From Mitosporidium daphniae (taxonomy: Eukaryota): DNA of 20,000 bases. The notes under the pieces were generated by a model. That model was not told the origin of the DNA and did not search any database. It was given only the letters and a program-made list of their open reading frames with translations. The first letter of the stretch is position 1; each line of letters opens with the position of its first letter. The stretch lies in contig NW_013546667.1 in NCBI RefSeq assembly GCF_000760515.2, positions 49,628 to 69,627 of the forward strand. The letters run 5' to 3'. Below are positions 17,242 through 20,000 of the stretch, in pieces. The translations under genes and the position numbers were made by a program.

Positions 17242-19336
17242 TTAAATATTGGCGGCGACATGATCTAAATTTCAGTTTAACCCATTTGTCGTTACCTCGT
17301 TTTGGAATAATAAGCTCTTCATGGTCATTGATGGTGACGTGATGCATTACGCCTTTAAATGTGTACTGTATGGTGAGCACCTTTGCTCTTCCAATGCACG
17401 GGTCGTAAAAGCCAACAAGCAGGGCCTATGAAGAGTGGTAAGTAAGAATAAGAGCGCACTTTAGACCCAGAATACAGATGTAACTGTGATGAGGAGACCA
17501 GCGCTTGTAGTTGTATTTGTACGTCAATTTTCATGTGGTCTTCTACGGACCCATATGTGGCTGACGTGATGATCAAGCCTAGACAATGAATCCCTCAATT
17601 GAAGCTGGTACCGTCTTTATCTCGTTCTAATGTCTCTCTAGCCTTGGCCTTTTCTTTGAGAATGGAAAGGGCAGCTATAGCTTCATGCTTTTTTAATGCT
17701 AGCGCTTCTTCTCGGGATTTTGTGTATGAATCAATAACTCTATATTGAATAGGTTGCAAATATGATGCTTACTCCCTTTCGGAAGCCTCGATCAAGGGTT
17801 GGAGAATATACTTTTCACAAAGATATGTCAAAATGCCGGCATACAATGAACACCAGCTCAGGGATGGCGCAGAACATTCGTGCGAAAGGATGAATGGAAG
17901 AACAATTTTTATGCCCTTTCTCTCCAGGCCCATCTAGCGATCAGATAAAAATGCAATGGAGTCCGGATAAGACAAATTTATGGGAACAAAATATGAAAAC
18001 ATACAAATGGGCACTTCTAACCTTAAATATTATCATGGATGACGGCAGTGGTGAATACTGCAGTGCTGCTATTGCAGATGTGATGTCAGAGATCCTTCGT
18101 CGAGTGGAAAGGGAAAGGGTAATTGGATCTACCATTCCCACCTTGACTTTACTTTTTACGGTCACTGCATCACTAATGGATAATGTTGAAGATCCATTAA
18201 TAGAGACGAGCCTGTGTGGATTTGCCTATGGAGAAATAAGTTCCCAATGGCAAGATACAAACATTAATAGAGGCCACGAGCGCCATTTGGCCATTCAAAA
18301 AGGATTTTTGGCACCCAATGGAAACATTATTTGTAATTCTTCCCAGTGCAACATTTCCAAAAAGGATACTGTGTGATTTTTCATCATCTTTGGTTCTGTT
18401 TAATGGCAGTGATGCAGAAAAATGAATCGATGGATAAGCATATCCGTACAAAACATGAAAAGAAAGCCCAGATCTCCAGGAAATGGGAAACAGCTGCTTT
18501 TTTTCCAGATTTGTGCTTGATATGTAACGGGGGGTATATCCAATCGACATCGAGGCAGAAGGGATGCTGGACATTGAAAGCGTTGACTTTACATAAAAAG
18601 TTTAAGGTTACTGAGATTTCATACGGATATTTTTGAAATGGATATCGTAGGGAAGTACTAAACGAAGACTCATCAACGCCTTTTCCTGATTCAGTTCTAC
18701 ATTGTAGCTCAACGGTGGTTTGTGATGCCACAAATGTTTTCTGGCATAAAAAAACAAACTAACCTGAATTGAATGAGACAATACCATTGAATGGTAGGAG
18801 ATAACCGAGCTTTTTTGATTGGCAACGAAAGAATCCCTCTCTGCAAACGGCAGAGCATCTGAAATGTCGGTCGAAATTGCAACCGTGGTTTTGTTAGATA
18901 TGGAGGCTTCTTCGGCAATTTCCTTTTCTAAATTGGTTTGCCACTCAATGGCTTTTTTTAGCTGGGAGGGCATGGTCGTTGATGAAGCAATTACAGAGGA
19001 AACAAAATTGGGATTAGCCGAGGAAATTGAAGACAACTTTTCAAGACCTTTGATTCCAAATTCATCATATATCGATCTTTGAGCTGGGTTTGAGAGAACT
19101 ATGAATTAGTAAAAGCGTTACCAGAATATGCCTTAGAAATGGACTGGAAAGGAAGATTAATGGAACCATCATCAACGGCATCATATTGAGCCTTGTCTGG
19201 GTGAAGTAGCGTACACATCCTTTTATATGCCTTTTTTATTTCATCTTCGGTTGCCTTACAATCGTTACAATCTCCATAGCGTTACCTCTTTTGGGAGATT
19301 AAGGATTGCATAATAGTCGATGGAACTTTCGCTCAT
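17242..19336 (-). CDS. DNAJC11: DnaJ homolog subfamily C member 11 (J domain plus DUF3395), about 578 aa, 10 introns
   Basis: ATG 19336. Introns 19255-19285, 19099-19121, 18741-18763, 18587-18611, 18226-18262, 17934-18021, 17740-17772, 17579-17611, 17426-17459 and 17265-17295. J domain DYYAILNLPKEATEDEIKKAYKRMCTLLHPDK...AYSVLSNPAQRSIYDEFG. C-terminus GLIITSATYG...IDVQIQLQALV...GFYDPCIGRAKVLTIQYTF...IIPKRDH. Middle exons are less certain. Confidence 0.87.
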
Positions 19337-19375
19337 TTTGTAAATTAATAATTTATTCAAGAATTAAACTGTGTC

Positions 19376-19699
19376 TTATTCTTCCTTCGTATCCGGAGCG
19401 GAAGAAGCTGAAGGGGCAGATGGGGTGGACTGGGCTGAATGAGCGGATCGGGTAGATTGGGCTGAAGGGGCGGACGAGGCGGATGGAGCATCCGGCCCTT
19501 TATCATTGCCACCCATCTTGGCACGAATGCCATTGACCGAGTCTTCTGTGGATTTCTTCAAGCTCGCGAACCCAATACTTAGTTTTTTTAGCCATTTGCT
19601 CGCCTTCTTTTTATATGATTCTGTCGATGATGCTGATGGTGTTGGTGATTTCGGACCTGTATCTCCTATTTTGACTTGCTCCTTATTAGCGTCTGTCAT
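19376..19699 (-). CDS. Hypothetical 107-aa protein with a basic amphipathic helix and (xSA)n repeat tail
   Basis: ATG after an AT-rich stretch, AATAAA shortly after the stop, and codon-phased repeats APSASSAPSAQSTRSAHSAQSTPSAPSASSAP. No recognisable family. Confidence 0.7.
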   Translation of the reverse strand: MTDANKEQVKIGDTGPKSPTPSASSTESYKKKASKWLKKLSIGFASLKKSTEDSVNGIRAKMGGNDKGPDAPSASSAPSAQSTRSAHSAQSTPSAPSASSAPDTKEE

Positions 19700-20000
19700 T
19701 TAAAAAATGCCGGAAATGCATCTTTTTATAGGATATAATTGTTCTGTTGCCGCCATTGGTTACAATGTAATCTGGACCAATCCTGGTCGACTTTGTGAAT
19801 TTTCTTATTGGATCGTTGTTGTTTTTGCATTGGTAAACTCCTCCAATTGGCATAACAGGACGCAACGATTAATTAAAATGCAATAAAACAAAATAAAAGG
19901 CCCAAACTTTCAATGGGAAAACACATCGTCTGGGAGAGACTGCGATGTGTTCACCAAATTTCAAAATTTTTGCTTTAAATTTTTTTACAAATGACTCGGG

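Overview
Gene-dense eukaryotic DNA, not prokaryotic. It holds 14 protein-coding genes, many separated by only 16-77 bp: TRM6 (partial), FIGNL1-like AAA ATPase, UTP5-like, NOB1, RPS27, TFIIB, a signal-peptide-bearing Hsp20-domain protein, an Sds23-like CBS protein, a cytosolic Hsp20, TRS23/TRAPPC4, a SLP1-like SUN protein, RNA polymerase III largest subunit, DNAJC11 and one orphan ORF. By hand I reconstructed 29 spliceosomal introns that restore conserved protein sequence. 25 are 23-37 nt, four are 66-134 nt, and one needs a GC donor. The compaction, tiny introns, AAATTT-type motifs before ATGs and retained mitochondrial DNAJC11 suggest an early-diverging microsporidian/rozellid parasite (Mitosporidium/Paramicrosporidium-like). 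That assignment is inference. The most notable items are the putatively secreted small heat-shock-domain protein, a structured 300-bp intergenic region (perfect 34-bp palindrome, 16-bp hairpin, U5-like motifs), palindromic shared poly(A) signals, a 25-bp bidirectional promoter, a possible GTG start for the SUN protein and a uORF/intron-containing TFIIB leader. I saw no mobile element, CRISPR array, rRNA or tRNA.
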